From the NCBI GenBank assembly GCA_951406725.2, contig OX597831.1:78368001-78432000 (forward strand): a stretch of DNA of 64,000 nt. The letters are read 5' to 3'. This document shows, piece by piece, positions 27,627-40,854 of this stretch (its first letter is position 1; every line of letters begins with the position of its first letter). Origin of the DNA: Octopus vulgaris. Lineage: Eukaryota. The notes under the pieces are model-generated. The model was not told the origin of the DNA, did not search any database, and worked only from the letters and a program-made list of their open reading frames with translations. The translations under genes were made by a program, and so were the position numbers.

Positions 27627-27872
27627 TAATGGAATTTTTTAGAAATTTCTGTCGACCTTTATTCGAGTAGCGTGCGTATTGTGAAAAAATTATATGGTTA
27701 ATGGACAATACGTCCAATTTTTCGGCATATTTGGCATTAGAAAGTTTTTCCCTTGCCCTCATTTATGAATTATATAAGTTTAACCGTTAAAGGTATTTTT
27801 TGATATGCTGGCCATTGATAAAATTGTTTTCGAGAAAATATTTTTTTTCGAAGAGAATTTTATCCTCACATT

Positions 27873-27938
<66 letters not shown>

Positions 27939-28172
27939 GTGTGTGTGTATGTTTGGGTGTCTCCGTTTGTCCCTCCACTATCGCTTGACAACCGATGCTA
28001 GTGTGTTTACGTCCCCGTAACTTAGCGGTTCGGCAAGAGAGACCAATAGAATAAGTACAAGGCTTACAAAGAATAAATCCTGGGGTCGATTTGCTCGACT
28101 AAAGGCGGTGCTCCAGCATGGCCACAGTCACATGTCTGAAACAAGTAAAAAGTAAGAGTATATATAATATAT

Positions 28173-28241
<69 letters not shown>

Positions 28242-28340
28242 CGTATAAAATTCATATATTTATAAATTTGAATATATATATATATATATATGAATTTTAT
28301 ACGTATATACACACTTATATATAATATACGTATACATTAC

Positions 28341-28385
<45 letters not shown>

Positions 28386-28734
28386 CATGCATACACATAC
28401 ATACATACATACGTACATACATACATACATTCATACATACATACAGGTAGGTACTATCAAACCTTTTGTAAGTATCGGTATGTTTAACGAGACAGTACCA
28501 CCTGGTGTATGGTAATGTGTTCCTAATGTTTACACGACACGATCCAATAATCTATTGGAATGTTAGTGTTGTTGTTGTTATTGTTCTGGCCCCAGGGTAG
28601 CTGTGATAAACCATATCTATGATCAAAGGCGTCAAACCGTGAACGTTACGTCTTTTTATTTCAGTCTTTGTACATCAAGCAGTACAATATCGAGAACGTC
28701 CTTCGTAGATAGACAGGTAGCTAGATAGACAGAC

Positions 28735-28816
<82 letters not shown>

Positions 28817-28845
28817 CTAGATAGACAGACAGATAGATAGATAGG

Positions 28846-28930
<85 letters not shown>

Positions 28931-29107
28931 CAGAGATAAATTGCTGGATAAATTGCTGGTAGGTAAATAGGTGTATAGGTACATAAATGGAGGGAGTGGA
29001 TACACGTGGCTTATTAGTTAAGCTATTTGTAAGATTGTGGTTTCGAATCCTGGATGATACGTTCTGTTCTAGCTGTTCATTTATCTGGCATAATGAGTAA
29101 AGCTTCG

Positions 29108-29848
29108 TCTCGAGCAACTCAACCGGGCCGTCCGTCCAGCGTCCCACGACGGAGGTGCTGGTGGACGGCATGAGCTTGCTTCTCCAGATGCCGAGCCGCA
29201 AGTCCACTGACTTTTCCCTGTTGATTTTCGCTCCTGTCACCGCTTCGTAGTCTTTCAGTGTCTCGCCGACCAGGTCAATGTGCTTGTGGCTAGACACTAT
29301 GACGGTGACGTCGTCCGCGTATGCAGACACGCTCGTCCCGCATCCCAATTCTCGCGGGATGCCCCTCAGAGTCGCCAGCTTCTGCAGTAGTGGCACGAGA
29401 GTCAATACGTATAGAAGCGACGAGAGGGGGCATCACTGACGGACCGAACATGCGATGTCGAAAGGTCTCGATAGATGTCCATTTACGCAAATTACCGAAC
29501 CGATACCTGTTTACAAAGCAGCTATCCAGCCGCGGAAGACGGGATCGAAACCAGCCGCTCTAAGGACAGCCTCCAAGTATCGATGGTCTACCCTATCGAA
29601 AGCTTTCGATTGATCCAAATTGATCAGGTTCCTTAACTACTCTGTCTATGATGTAGCGCATCAGACGGATGTTGTCATGGATGCTCCGGCCCGGCACGGT
29701 GCACGTTTGCGCCCTGTCGACCAGTTTCTCGATGACAAGCGCCAACCTCTTGGCTAGCACCTTGGTCAAAATTTTTAGGTCTGCTTTGAGCAGAGTGATT
29801 GGCGTAAAGTTATCTATAATGTTTCCCTTGTTTGGATCTTTCTTCAGA
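29108..29848 (-). pseudogene. L1/Tx1-clade LINE reverse transcriptase fragment
   Basis: PITLLKADLKILTKVLAKRL, LINLDQSKAFDRVDH, SAYADDVTVIVS and GAKINREKS, with frameshifts. Confidence 0.9.
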
Positions 29849-29858
29849 CAGATTGATC

Positions 29859-29942
<84 letters not shown>

Positions 29943-30738
29943 TACTTTATATCTATCTATGTATGAATGTAAATATATGAAATGGGTACTAAGAAATATA
30001 TATTTTACATATTTCCACGCATACATACATATGTATATATATATATGTGTGTGTGTGTGGGTGCGCGCGTGGGTTTGCACTAATATACATACATACATAC
30101 ATACATATGTATATATATATGCTAATATGCGCCTATACATATACATACACCGCTCACTCTGACATAGACGCCCACATACACCTGTGTGATTGTGTGTGTT
30201 GCTGTTTGTGTGCGTGTGTACGTGTATGTTGGTGCGCTTCTACACATGAGCGCGCGATAATGTGAACGGATACATAAAATTGTTGAGGCACAGCTCAGAT
30301 AAATAAACAAATAAATAAATAAAAAAAAGGCATCTTTTCAAAGAAGTCTCAATAAATATACGGTTAAATAAAGAATACAGAAAGCGGAATGTATCCGAAA
30401 ACGGAAATAATCACCCATAATTGAACAAGAGATACCGCAATACACCGAATTACGAAGAACTGGAATGTTCGTGCATACATACGATACTTTACGTATTATG
30501 TGAAATGATAGAGAATACAACGGTGAATGCTAAAAACAAATTAGTCGGCATTAACACACCAGTAACTATAGCATCTAACTGTAATAAGCTATAATTTCAT
30601 GGCGAGGATATATTTACATTTATGTTTTGCTAGTCGAATAAATGATTGTGCGAGGTTGGGAAGAATGGAAGAATAGCGGAATTAACAAAAGCTTCCATGT
30701 TACCATTATCGAAAATTAGTATATACACACAGACATAC

Positions 30739-30788
<50 letters not shown>

Positions 30789-30859
30789 ATGTATATATCA
30801 GTGGGTCTTTCATCATGTCAACCTGTCAACATATATGTATTTATGTATATATGCATACA

Positions 30860-30906
<47 letters not shown>

Positions 30907-30936
30907 GTGTATGTATGTATATATATATATATATAC

Positions 30937-30975
<39 letters not shown>

Positions 30976-31072
30976 CATATATATATATACATACATTATT
31001 ATCATTGGTTAATAAACAAATCATTATTATTATTATTATTATTGTTGTTGTTATTATTATATACACAAAGAA

Positions 31073-31143
<71 letters not shown>

Positions 31144-31155
31144 CATGATAGATAT

Positions 31156-31234
<79 letters not shown>

Positions 31235-31446
31235 GATAGTTAGATAGATAGATAGATAGACAGTTAGATAACTTTCTTTATTGGCCACACAAGGCTGAAA
31301 TACAGAGGGGACAAATACAAATGTAGAGCTTTTCTTTTTGAAGATGGAAAAAGAAAAAAGGAAACAAATAGGTAGGTAGGTAGATAGATAGGTAGGTAGA
31401 TAGACAGGTAGATAGATAAATGGATAGATAGATAGAAAGATAAATG

Positions 31447-31508
<62 letters not shown>

Positions 31509-31969
31509 GCTTGTTTATTTCCTGTGAATAAAGGTTATATCAACAGGTTATGCATAGGTCGTCCATGAAAACTTTCGCGGGAACGTTACTGGCTGTTGCT
31601 GTTGTTTTTATTGTTGTTGTAGTTGTTGTTATTGCAACAATTTTAGATTCCTGTTGATTGAGCAGATCCCTGATCAAAAGCTTTCCAAATATGACTATCT
31701 CTTCTGCTTTCTGTTTTTTTACGTTTTTTCTTTTGTGCATATGTATGCATGCGCGCGTATGTGCACGTCTATGTGTGTGTGTGTGTGTGTGCGTGTGTGT
31801 GTGTGTGTTTACTTGTGTGTGCATGCATGTATATGTGTGTGTGTGTGCGTGCATGGTGTATACGTGTGTGTGTGTGCGTGTGTGTGTGTATGTGCGCTCT
31901 GATATATCTATCTTGAGCTACATCATCCAATGTTAGCGCAGTTTCCGTTCCTGATATTGTCGTTGTTGT

Positions 31970-32580
31970 TAGTGTCGGTGTTGGTGGTGGTGGTGTTGGC
32001 GGCGGCGACGGTGGTGGCCGTGGTAGTGGTAGTAGTGATGGTGGTGGTGGTGGTGGTGGTTCTTGTGGTGGTGTTGGCGGTGGGGGTGGAGTGGCGGTGG
32101 TGGTGATAGTGGTAGTAGTGATGGTTGTGGTGATGCTAGTTGTGGTGGTGGTGGTGGTAGTAGTGTGGTGTTGGTGTTGGTGGCGGGGGTGGGGTGGCGG
32201 TGGTGGTGGTGGCGGCGTCGATGGTGGTGGAGATAGTGGTGGTGGTGATGGTGGTGGTAGTGGCGGTGGTTGTGGTGGTGGTGGTGGCGGCGTCGATGGT
32301 GGTGGAGGTGGATAGTGGTGATGATGTGTGGCGGTTAGTGGTTGGTGGTGGGGATCATGGGGTGGTGCGGGGTGAGAGTAGTGGTTGTTGTTGTTGGTGG
32401 TGGTGGGGTGGTTGTAATGGGGGCGTTAGTTGTAGTAGTGGTGGTAGTGGTGGTGGTAGTAGTGGTGGTAGTAGTGCTCGTGGTGGTGGTGGTGGTGGTG
32501 GTGGTAGTGGTTGGTGGTGGTTGTGTTGGTGGTGGTAGTGGTTGGTGGTGGTTGTGTTGGTGGTGGCGCCACCATCGTCG
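31970..32580. repeat. Degenerate (GGT)n low-complexity tract
   Basis: Direct reading. Confidence 0.9.
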
Positions 32581-32760
32581 CCGTCGCCCTCTTTGTTACT
32601 GTTGTTTATTCTCCAGCCATCAAAGTTCTATTTTTATTTATTTGTTTCTTTGTACTAACCTCTTGCTATTGTTGTTGTTGTTTTCGGATGTACTGTATTG
32701 AGTGCTACATTATTATCATCAGCGTTTGGCTTTTTTATCGCGTTCTGATGCATTTTAGTA

Positions 32761-32815
<55 letters not shown>

Positions 32816-32886
32816 GCATCTGCGTCGTCGTCATTGCTGTTGTCATCGTTGTTCCTACTGCTCTTGTTGCTGTTGCTGTTGCTGTT

Positions 32887-33246
32887 GAGCGACCGGTCTT
32901 CGTCCCAGAGCTCGCAAGATGGGAGAAGTCCGAAACGTGGTCCTTTGCTATTCGTAAGACTCGCAGAAGAGAGAGCAGGTTAACCCCCGACACCGAGAGC
33001 ATCGACGGATGAATGAATGCGCATCTAGGCTCGGGGTTGCGTAGGAAGTCGGGGGACAAGAAACACGAAGAAAGAGTGAGAGAAAGTTGGAGCGAAAGAG
33101 TACAATAGGGGTCGCCACCCGCCCCTGCCGGAGCCTCGTGGAGCTTTAGGTGTTTTCGCTCAATAAACACTCACAACGCCCGGTCTGGGAATCGAAAACG
33201 CAATCCTCCGACCGCGAGTCCGCTGCCCTAACCATTGGGCCATTGC
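32887..33246 (-). mobile_element. tRNA-derived SINE (family D variant)
   Basis: Head gcaatggcccaatggttagggcagcggactcgcggtcgg...ttcgattcccagacc; the body is shared with 35341-35632 and 35695-35982. Confidence 0.8.
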
Positions 33247-34104
33247 AGCTGTAATTCTTGTAGTTGTTGCTGTTGTCATTTTGGCTGCAACCCTCGTCGT
33301 TTCATTGTTGCTGTGGCCTTTGTTGTCGCAGCAATAATCATTGTTGTTCTTGCTATCGTTGTTCATCAATTACCCACCAAACAGAACATTAAACATAACA
33401 TCACAACTTCCGTTATTTCAATTTACAACAACCAGCTCAGCCCCGAGGAAATAAACCTTCCTTCTTTCACACTTTCACAACACAATATTCTTTCATAATA
33501 ACTTACGAGGCTTTACAGAAAAGCACGGAATAAATTAGGTTACATAATTTATGACATTGCTTTTAGACAATAAATTATTTCATCATATTTGTTCCTTTGT
33601 TATCTCTTGTTTAATTGACCGAAACTAATATTATTTTTAATAATACGTAATGGTGTTTCGTTGGGTCTTTTTCTCTCTTTTTCTCGTTTTTCGTTGTTTT
33701 CTTGCATTAAGGCGAGCAACATTAATCCGCCATTTTGCTTTTCTCATTCGATTTTAATTGGAAATCGCCGAGAGGGGTGGCAATGCATACTTATGACACT
33801 TAATAGGGCGGAATGGGACGAATGGGCGCGGCCTCTTGGCCGTTGGTTTTTTTTTTACCTTTTATCTGTTGTTTTTTTTTACTTGTTTCAGTCATTAGAC
33901 TGCGGCCATGCTGGGGCAAGACCTTCAAGAATTTTAGTCGAACGAATCGATCCCGGTACTTATTCTACTGGTCTCTTTCGTCGAACTGACTGTTTACGGG
34001 GACGTAAACATACCAGCACCGGTTGTCAAGCAGTGGTGGAGGACAAACTTAGATACAAACACACACACACACACACATACACACACACACATACATATAC
34101 ATAA

Positions 34105-34430
34105 ATCGCGTGGCTTATTTGTTAGGGTATTCTTCTCGCGATCGTAGGGTCGCATGTTCGATTCCCAGCAATGCGTTGTGTCCTTGAGCAATACACTTTA
34201 TTTTTTTATTGCTCCAGTCCACTCAGCTGGCAAAAAAATTAGTAATACCTGTATTTCAAGGGGTCAGCCTTGTCACACTCTGTCGCACGCTGGATCTCCC
34301 TGAGAAGTATGTGAAGAGGTACGCGTGTCCGTGCGGGTGCTTAACCACTTTCACGTTAATCTCATGAGGAAGCCGTTTCGTTGATCGGATCAACTGGAAC
34401 CCTCGTCGTCGTAAGCGGTGGAGTGTCAAT
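34105..34430 (+). mobile_element. tRNA-derived CORE-type SINE
   Basis: B box tgttcgattccc, CORE-like tgtgtccttgagcaatacacttta, tail gttgatcggatcaactggaaccctcgtcgtcgtaa. Confidence 0.75.
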
Positions 34431-34455
34431 TTCTTGTTTTATATACATATATATA

Positions 34456-34838
34456 TCTCTCTCTATATAAACGGCAGTTTGTCTGTGCGTGTTTCTGTGT
34501 GTCTGTTTGCTTGTACCCTCACCCTGACCACTGCTTTCAACCGATTCTGATGAAACTTGACACACACATAGCCCAATGTCATAATTCAAAACTAACGCAG
34601 CGAAAATTTTGAAAAGTTCCCCCAGTTCTGAAAAAAATCGATAAATTCGACATGGGGTCGAGAATCAGAAACACAAACCGCAAACTGTCATGGGGACGCA
34701 ACTCCACCTTTTTTAACTAAAAAAAAAATTTACCATCGTTTTTTTCCATTTTTTTGCTAATTTTTGGCTATCACTCTCTAAAAATGCATTATAGTTATTT
34801 CCCTTACAAACCTGAGCAACGCCGGGCGATACTGCTAG
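34456..34838 (+). mobile_element. Short non-autonomous Helitron-like element
   Basis: 5' TCtctatataaacggc; 3' cctgagcaacgccggg...gCTAG|T. Confidence 0.65.
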
Positions 34839-34956
34839 TATATATATATATATACATAGTTAATCCAAACAAGAAAGCACAAAAAAGACACAACAACGCG
34901 AGGACGTGGACAAATATAGTATTATTGGACGCTCAGGAAAGAAGGAAACAAGGAGG

Positions 34957-34991
34957 GTTTAACGTTTCGAGTGGAGCTCTTCGTCGGAAAC
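34957..34991 (-). ncRNA. Minimal type I hammerhead ribozyme motif (U4C core)
   Basis: Minus strand: gttt CCGACGA a gag ctcca ctc GAAAC GTT aaac. Confidence 0.65.
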
Positions 34992-35340
34992 ATAGGAGAA
35001 GGAAAGATCCAGAGAAGGGAAGACAGAGGAAAAAAATCGCCAACGGTACACACGAGGTATACATACAACAGACGTGTTTCAGTTTCCTTCTACTATACCC
35101 ACCCACAAGGCTTTGGCCGATTTGAGGGTATAGTAGAAAACACTTGCCTAATGTGTCCCGCAGTGGGACTGAACCTGGAACCATGTGATTGGGAAGCAAA
35201 CTTCTTACCACACAGCCACACCTGTGCCTATTTGCTTCAGCTTTTCCTACTGCTGGTTGTCAAATGGTGTTGGTCTGTTTACATTCTCTTAACTTAGCAG
35301 TTCGGTAAAAGGTGAGAGGATAAATATTGCTTTTTGTTCT

Positions 35341-35982
35341 TTGTCGAGCCATGCCTGGCTCAGAAGGACCGGTTTCTCGGTTTTATTGGCTTATAGGTTC
35401 CAGACCTGGACGGGTCACCTATCTGTCGCAGGTGAGCTGCTAGATGCAGGAGGAAAGCGTGAGAGAAAGTTGTGGCAAAAGAGTCAACAGAAGTTCGCCA
35501 TTACCTTCTGCCGGAGCCGCGTGGTGCTTAGGTGTTTCGCTTATATAAACACATATCACCCGGTCTGAAATTCGAACCCGCGATCCCTCGACTGCGAGTC
35601 CGCTGCTCTAACCGCTAGGCTATATGCTTCCACGAGAGGGTAAATGGCAGACTTAAAAATGTACTCTCTTTGTTTGTTGTTGTTTGTTCCTTCTCAAGCC
35701 ATGCCTAGCTCATAAGAGCCGGTTTCCCGGTTTCCTTGGCGTATAGGTTTCTCACCTGGACGGGACGCCGGTCCGTTGCAGGTGAGCTGCAAGATGCAGG
35801 AGGAAAGAGGGAGAGAAAGTTGTGGCGAAAGAGTCAACAGAAGTTCGACATTACCTTCTGCCGGAGCCGCGTGGAGCTTAGGTGTTTCGCTCATAAACAC
35901 ACACATCGCCCGATCTGAAATTCGAACCCGCAATCCCACGAGCGTGAGTCCGCTGCTCTAACCACTAGGCTATGCGCTTCCA
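35341..35982 (-). mobile_element. Two tandem tRNA-derived SINE copies (family D) sharing a duplicated flank
   Basis: 35341-35632 and 35695-35982 are similar; the flank gagggtaaatgg..gacttaaaaatgtactctcttt is also duplicated. Confidence 0.85.
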
Positions 35983-36639
35983 CGAGAGGGTAAATGGTAG
36001 ACTTAAAAAATGTACTCTCTTTATACTGCCACAACCACTCATATTAACCACTTTGCCTTCCCCTTCTGTATTATACACTCTCACTACTCCTCAAATTAAC
36101 CACAGTGCCTTCCATCTCTATATTGTACACTCCCACCACCACTCATATAAACCCCACTGGTTGTTAATGTAAGATGTAGTATGAAAGAAGATGGTGGCAT
36201 GGACGTTGGGGTATGATAAAGGTGAAAGAGTGGCGTAACAGGTAGGGGTAAAATAGGGGTGCTTGTAAAAGATTTGGGCTGAATTTGAGATAGGGTGGGT
36301 TTGCTGATGCCGGGTATATACAAAACGAAAAGGAAGTAAAAAAATCAAAAACTACCCGTTTATTTCCGTTTTGTATTTATGGCAAAGGTGACAAAAGAAT
36401 AATGATTTGTATGGCTGTGATACGGGTGGCAGTTGTGAACGGTTGTCGGGTAGGTTGGTAGGTTTTAAGTAGGTAGATAGGTAGGTAGGGGAAGGAGGGA
36501 GGGAGGGAGGGAAAGAGGGAGAGGAACAAATGGTGGAAGAAAGGGAAAGAGGGCAAAGAAAAAATAGGGAGGGAGAGGAAAAAAGGGGGAGGGAGAGGAA
36601 GAAAGGAGGAAGGAGTGAGTAGTCGGTCAGAGTTTCTCA

Positions 36640-37020
36640 ACGGTGTTGGTGATGAAGATGGTGATTTCAGTAACGGCGTCGGCGTCGGTGATGGTGGTGA
36701 TGGTGGCGTCGGTGGCGGTGATGGTGGCGATGGTGGCGTCGGCGTCGGTGATGGTGGTGATGGTGGTGATGGTGGTGATGGTGGCGGCGGCGTCGGTGAT
36801 GGTGGTGATGGTGGTGATGGTGGCGGCGGCGTCGGTGATGGTGGTGATGGTGGTGATGGTAGCGTCGGCGTCGGTGATGGTGGTGATGGTGGTGATGGTG
36901 GTGATGGTGGCGTCGGCGTCGGTGATGGTGGTGATGGTGGTGATGGTGGTGATGGTGGCGGCGGCGTCGGTGATGGTGGTGATGGTGGTGATGGTGGCGG
37001 CGGTGGCGGTTTCGGTAGTG
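36640..37020. repeat. Higher-order (GGT GAT GGT / GGC GTC) repeat array
   Basis: Direct reading. Confidence 0.9.
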
Positions 37021-37740
37021 TTGATGGTAGTTGTGTACGTGGTATATTTGCGGCGTTGGTGTTGTTGCTGATGGTACCGGCGTCGGTGAAGGTGATAGAT
37101 ATAAGACAGGGAATAAAACATTGACGACCGTTACTGGTGGTGGAGGTCGTGGTGGTGGTGGTGGTGGTGGTCTTGGTCGTATGGTGGCGGTTGTCATTAT
37201 GGTTGTGTTGGCGGCGGTGGATATTGTTTGTTTTGTTTTGATTTCCCTTAATTATCTTCGTAGTACTTGTTGCTGCTGTACTCGTCGTCGTCGATGTCAT
37301 GGTTGTAATGGCGGCGATGGTGGCGGCGGTGGCGGCGGCGGTGGCGGCGGCGGTGGTGAATGTATATCGAGTGCACCAGCGTTACAAAACATTCTGTTAA
37401 CATGTTAGGTTAGTTAGTGTCACGCTACTCGTGAGCATTACACGTAAACATGTCACCCAACATAACCTGTTGCATGATCGGGTCACCGGTGATTAAACTG
37501 GAAACTCTGTAAAGCCTTCTTAGTGAGGGCTTCGATGATTGGCTGCATTTTTATGCACCCTGTGGGAGGTAAAAAATGAAACCGTAAAAGTTTGACGACC
37601 ATAGTAGAATCCATGACCATCTAATATTTGTGTGTGCATGGTGTGTATGTGCGTGTGTGTGTGTGTGTTAGCGAGTATGTATGTACGTGTGTGTGTGTGT
37701 GATGGCTCCCAAAGAACTAAGGGATGTTGCACAAGCACTC

Positions 37741-37784
37741 AGCTCTGAAGGCACTGTGCCTTATAACAGAAACAGCTGTAAGGT
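37741..37784 (+). ncRNA. Degenerate hammerhead ribozyme motif
   Basis: agct CTGAAGG cactgtgccttataaca GAAAC agct GTA aggt. Palindromic stem III acagctgt; A9G change and weak stems I and II. Confidence 0.45.
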
Positions 37785-37961
37785 AATGAATGTGACCACC
37801 TAACTACTGAACTTGAGTCATTCATTAACTGATATTACACTCTGTACGTTCCTGACATTTTCTGCTTCAATTAAGCACTATTTATTTACTTTATTTTTGA
37901 TTTCCGAGTTCTATTTTCCTCGCTTTGTGGTGCACTTATGAGCTCACATATTTGTGCATGC

Positions 37962-38121
<160 letters not shown>

Positions 38122-38226
38122 AATTCGGGGTGAGTACTTGATAATTATAAGCACCTGTGTATACCGTTTGGTGGTGTAGGTGGTGGAGTAAATTGATCAA
38201 AATAAAAACATGATGCCAAGGATTCA

Positions 38227-38304
38227 GCGGTACATATGTTTCGGGCCTTTATTAGACAGATTTATGACAATGGATAATGTATGTCTGTGGCCTTCTTCAG
38301 ACGC
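38227..38304 (-). ncRNA. Type I hammerhead ribozyme (inverted copy, one stem I mismatch)
   Basis: Minus strand: gcgt CTGAAGA aggcc...ggccc GAAAC atat GTA ccgc. Confidence 0.75.
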
Positions 38305-38389
38305 GCACAATTCGTGCGCGAATGAGAGGATTTGCATCCCCAACCAAGAATTTTTGATGTAACACAGGTCCTTGTTGAAGCTGTTGTGC

Positions 38390-38467
38390 GCGGCTGAAGA
38401 AGGCCACAGACATACATTATGCATTGTTATAAATCTGTCTAATAAAGGCCCGAAACATATGTACCGC
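38390..38467 (+). ncRNA. Type I hammerhead ribozyme
   Basis: gcgg CTGAAGA a ggcc acaga...tctgt..ggcc c GAAAC atat GTA ccgc. Palindromic stem III acatatgt. Confidence 0.85.
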
Positions 38468-38610
38468 TGAATCCTTGGCATCATGTTTTTATTTTGATCA
38501 ATTTATATATATATGATTGAATGATTCTAGTTTCAGCTCATGAGCCGTGGCCATGCTGGGGCACCGCCATTTAAAAACGTAATCGACGAGGATGAAATAT
38601 ATATATCTAT

Positions 38611-38742
38611 ATTTATTTTGTAGAAGGAGCTTCTACAGAACTAGGACTGTTTCATTCAAAAGAAATCATCAGGAAGCTTCCTGATGATTTCTTTTGAATG
38701 AAACAGTCCTAGTTCTGTAGAAGCTCCTTCTACAAAATAAAT
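38611..38742. repeat. Perfect 132-bp spacer-less palindrome made of two head-to-head hammerhead motifs
   Basis: Centre aggaag|cttcct at 38676/38677; the 66-bp arms were checked base by base. Confidence 0.95.
38675..38725 (+). ncRNA. Type I hammerhead ribozyme (mirror copy on the minus strand at 38628-38678)
   Basis: agcttc CTGATGA t ttc tttt gaa t GAAAC ag tcctagtt ct GTA gaagct. Confidence 0.75.
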
Positions 38743-38807
38743 TAATTTACTCTGCTATGTATTGAGTACCTTATTTACTGTGGTTAACCCCGACTCAACC
38801 CGGGACC

Positions 38808-38910
<103 letters not shown>

Positions 38911-38959
38911 AAATATATATATATATATATATGTATATTTGTATATATTTGCATGTATA

Positions 38960-38994
<35 letters not shown>

Positions 38995-39202
38995 GTACAT
39001 ATATGTACATATTTATATATACACATGCATAAATGGGTACAGGACGTCACCAACAGTAAACAACATGAAATACGAAAACAAACGAGTTAAATACGCAAAC
39101 AACGAGAGAAAAAAAATTGGAAAACAGGACAAGTAACACAAAGGACGACCCTTCATCAGTTGTCGGCTGTCTGTCTACTCTTCATTTCGTGCATTGAATA
39201 TG

Positions 39203-39251
<49 letters not shown>

Positions 39252-39479
39252 CATTCATTCTTTTATTCTTTTATTCTTTTACTTGCTTCAGTCATTTGTC
39301 TGCGGCCATGCTGGATCGCCACCTTTGGTCGAACAAATCGACCCCAGGACTTATTCTTTGTAAGCCTTGTATTTATTCTTTCTGGCTCTTTTGCCGAACC
39401 GCCATGTTACGGGGGCGTAAACACACCAGCATCGGTTGTCAAGTGATGTTGAGGGGACAAACACAGACGAACACACATC

Positions 39480-39541
<62 letters not shown>

Positions 39542-39669
39542 GTAATACATTCGTATTGCATTATTATTTTCATTGAAGCTTCTTCACTGTTCTCGTTCTG
39601 TTAACGTTTTGGCGTTCAGACAAGTATACTGGTATTGATGTGGCAACATTTGAAATATTGTCGAGGTAT

Positions 39670-39740
39670 ATGCAGCTGATGAAGACTAATCAAATTTATG
39701 TTGTCAAACGTATTTGAAGAGTCAGAAACCGGTCCTGCAT
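39670..39740 (+). ncRNA. Type I hammerhead ribozyme with canonical core and GUC site
   Basis: atgcag CTGATGA a gact...agtc a GAAAC cg GTC ctgcat. 6-bp stem I, palindromic stem III accggt. Confidence 0.9.
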
Positions 39741-39934
39741 TATCCGATTCTAGGTTCTCCATTTATCAGATGTTCTTCCTAGAGGTAAGACAATTTTTTT
39801 TTATGTTTGTTGCACACACGCGTCTTTGCTAGTATATACGCAGTGAAGCTATACAATAGCGTCGTATTTATTACGATTGCTATTTTCCAGTAAATATTGG
39901 TGCCTTGGTGTACCATTTACCTACTTTTATATAT

Positions 39935-39996
<62 letters not shown>

Positions 39997-40251
39997 AGCT
40001 TCTTTCAGTTTCCGTCTATCAAATCCTCTCAAAAGCATTTGGTCAGCTCGAGGCTATAGTAGAAGACAGTTACCGAAGGTACCACACAGTGGGACTGAAC
40101 GCGGAACCATGTGGTTGGTAAGCAAGCTACTTATCACACAGCCACGCTTGCGCCTATGTATGTACATATTCTACACACATACCACACACACACATATATA
40201 TATATATGTGCGTATGTATGTATATATTATACTGACACACACAGACGCACA

Positions 40252-40294
<43 letters not shown>

Positions 40295-40609
40295 AACAAA
40301 TTAATAAATAAAACATATGCATATATACATACATATATGTACTTAACTACATCTACATGTATATATACATGCATATATGGGTACAGGACACCAAAAAAAC
40401 CTCGAACACAATGAGAAACGAAAACTCAAACACAAAACCAAGGAACTAACTAACCTAACATGTTAACAGAATGTGTTGTAACGCTGGTGCACTCGATATA
40501 CATTGACCACCGTCACCACCACCGCTGCCACCGCCACCACCACCACCACCTCCACCACCATTACAACCATGACAACGACGACGAGTACAGCAGCGACAAG
40601 TGCTACGAA

Positions 40610-40854
<245 letters not shown>

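Larger units (their letters stand above)
27108..27879 (+). mobile_element. Non-coding Penelope-pLTR-like / retrozyme-like element with inverted and direct repeats
   Basis: Inverted arms 27108-27263 / 27568-27743. Direct repeats 27265-27378 / 27765-27879, starting exactly 500 bp apart. (TA)n on both sides. Confidence 0.75.

Noticed and set aside
32895-32975. agtcc GAAAC gtg GTC in a SINE tail
   Set aside because: No CUGANGA in a compatible position on either side.
36377-37300. Pro-rich / Gly-Asp-rich ORFs resembling extensin or collagen
   Set aside because: Products of a GGT/GAT repeat that is open in most frames on both strands.
39130-39200. Minus-strand GAAA...GTA...CTGATGA (possible permuted hammerhead)
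   Set aside because: Stems I, II and III cannot be paired convincingly; it may be a decayed pLTR but is not callable.
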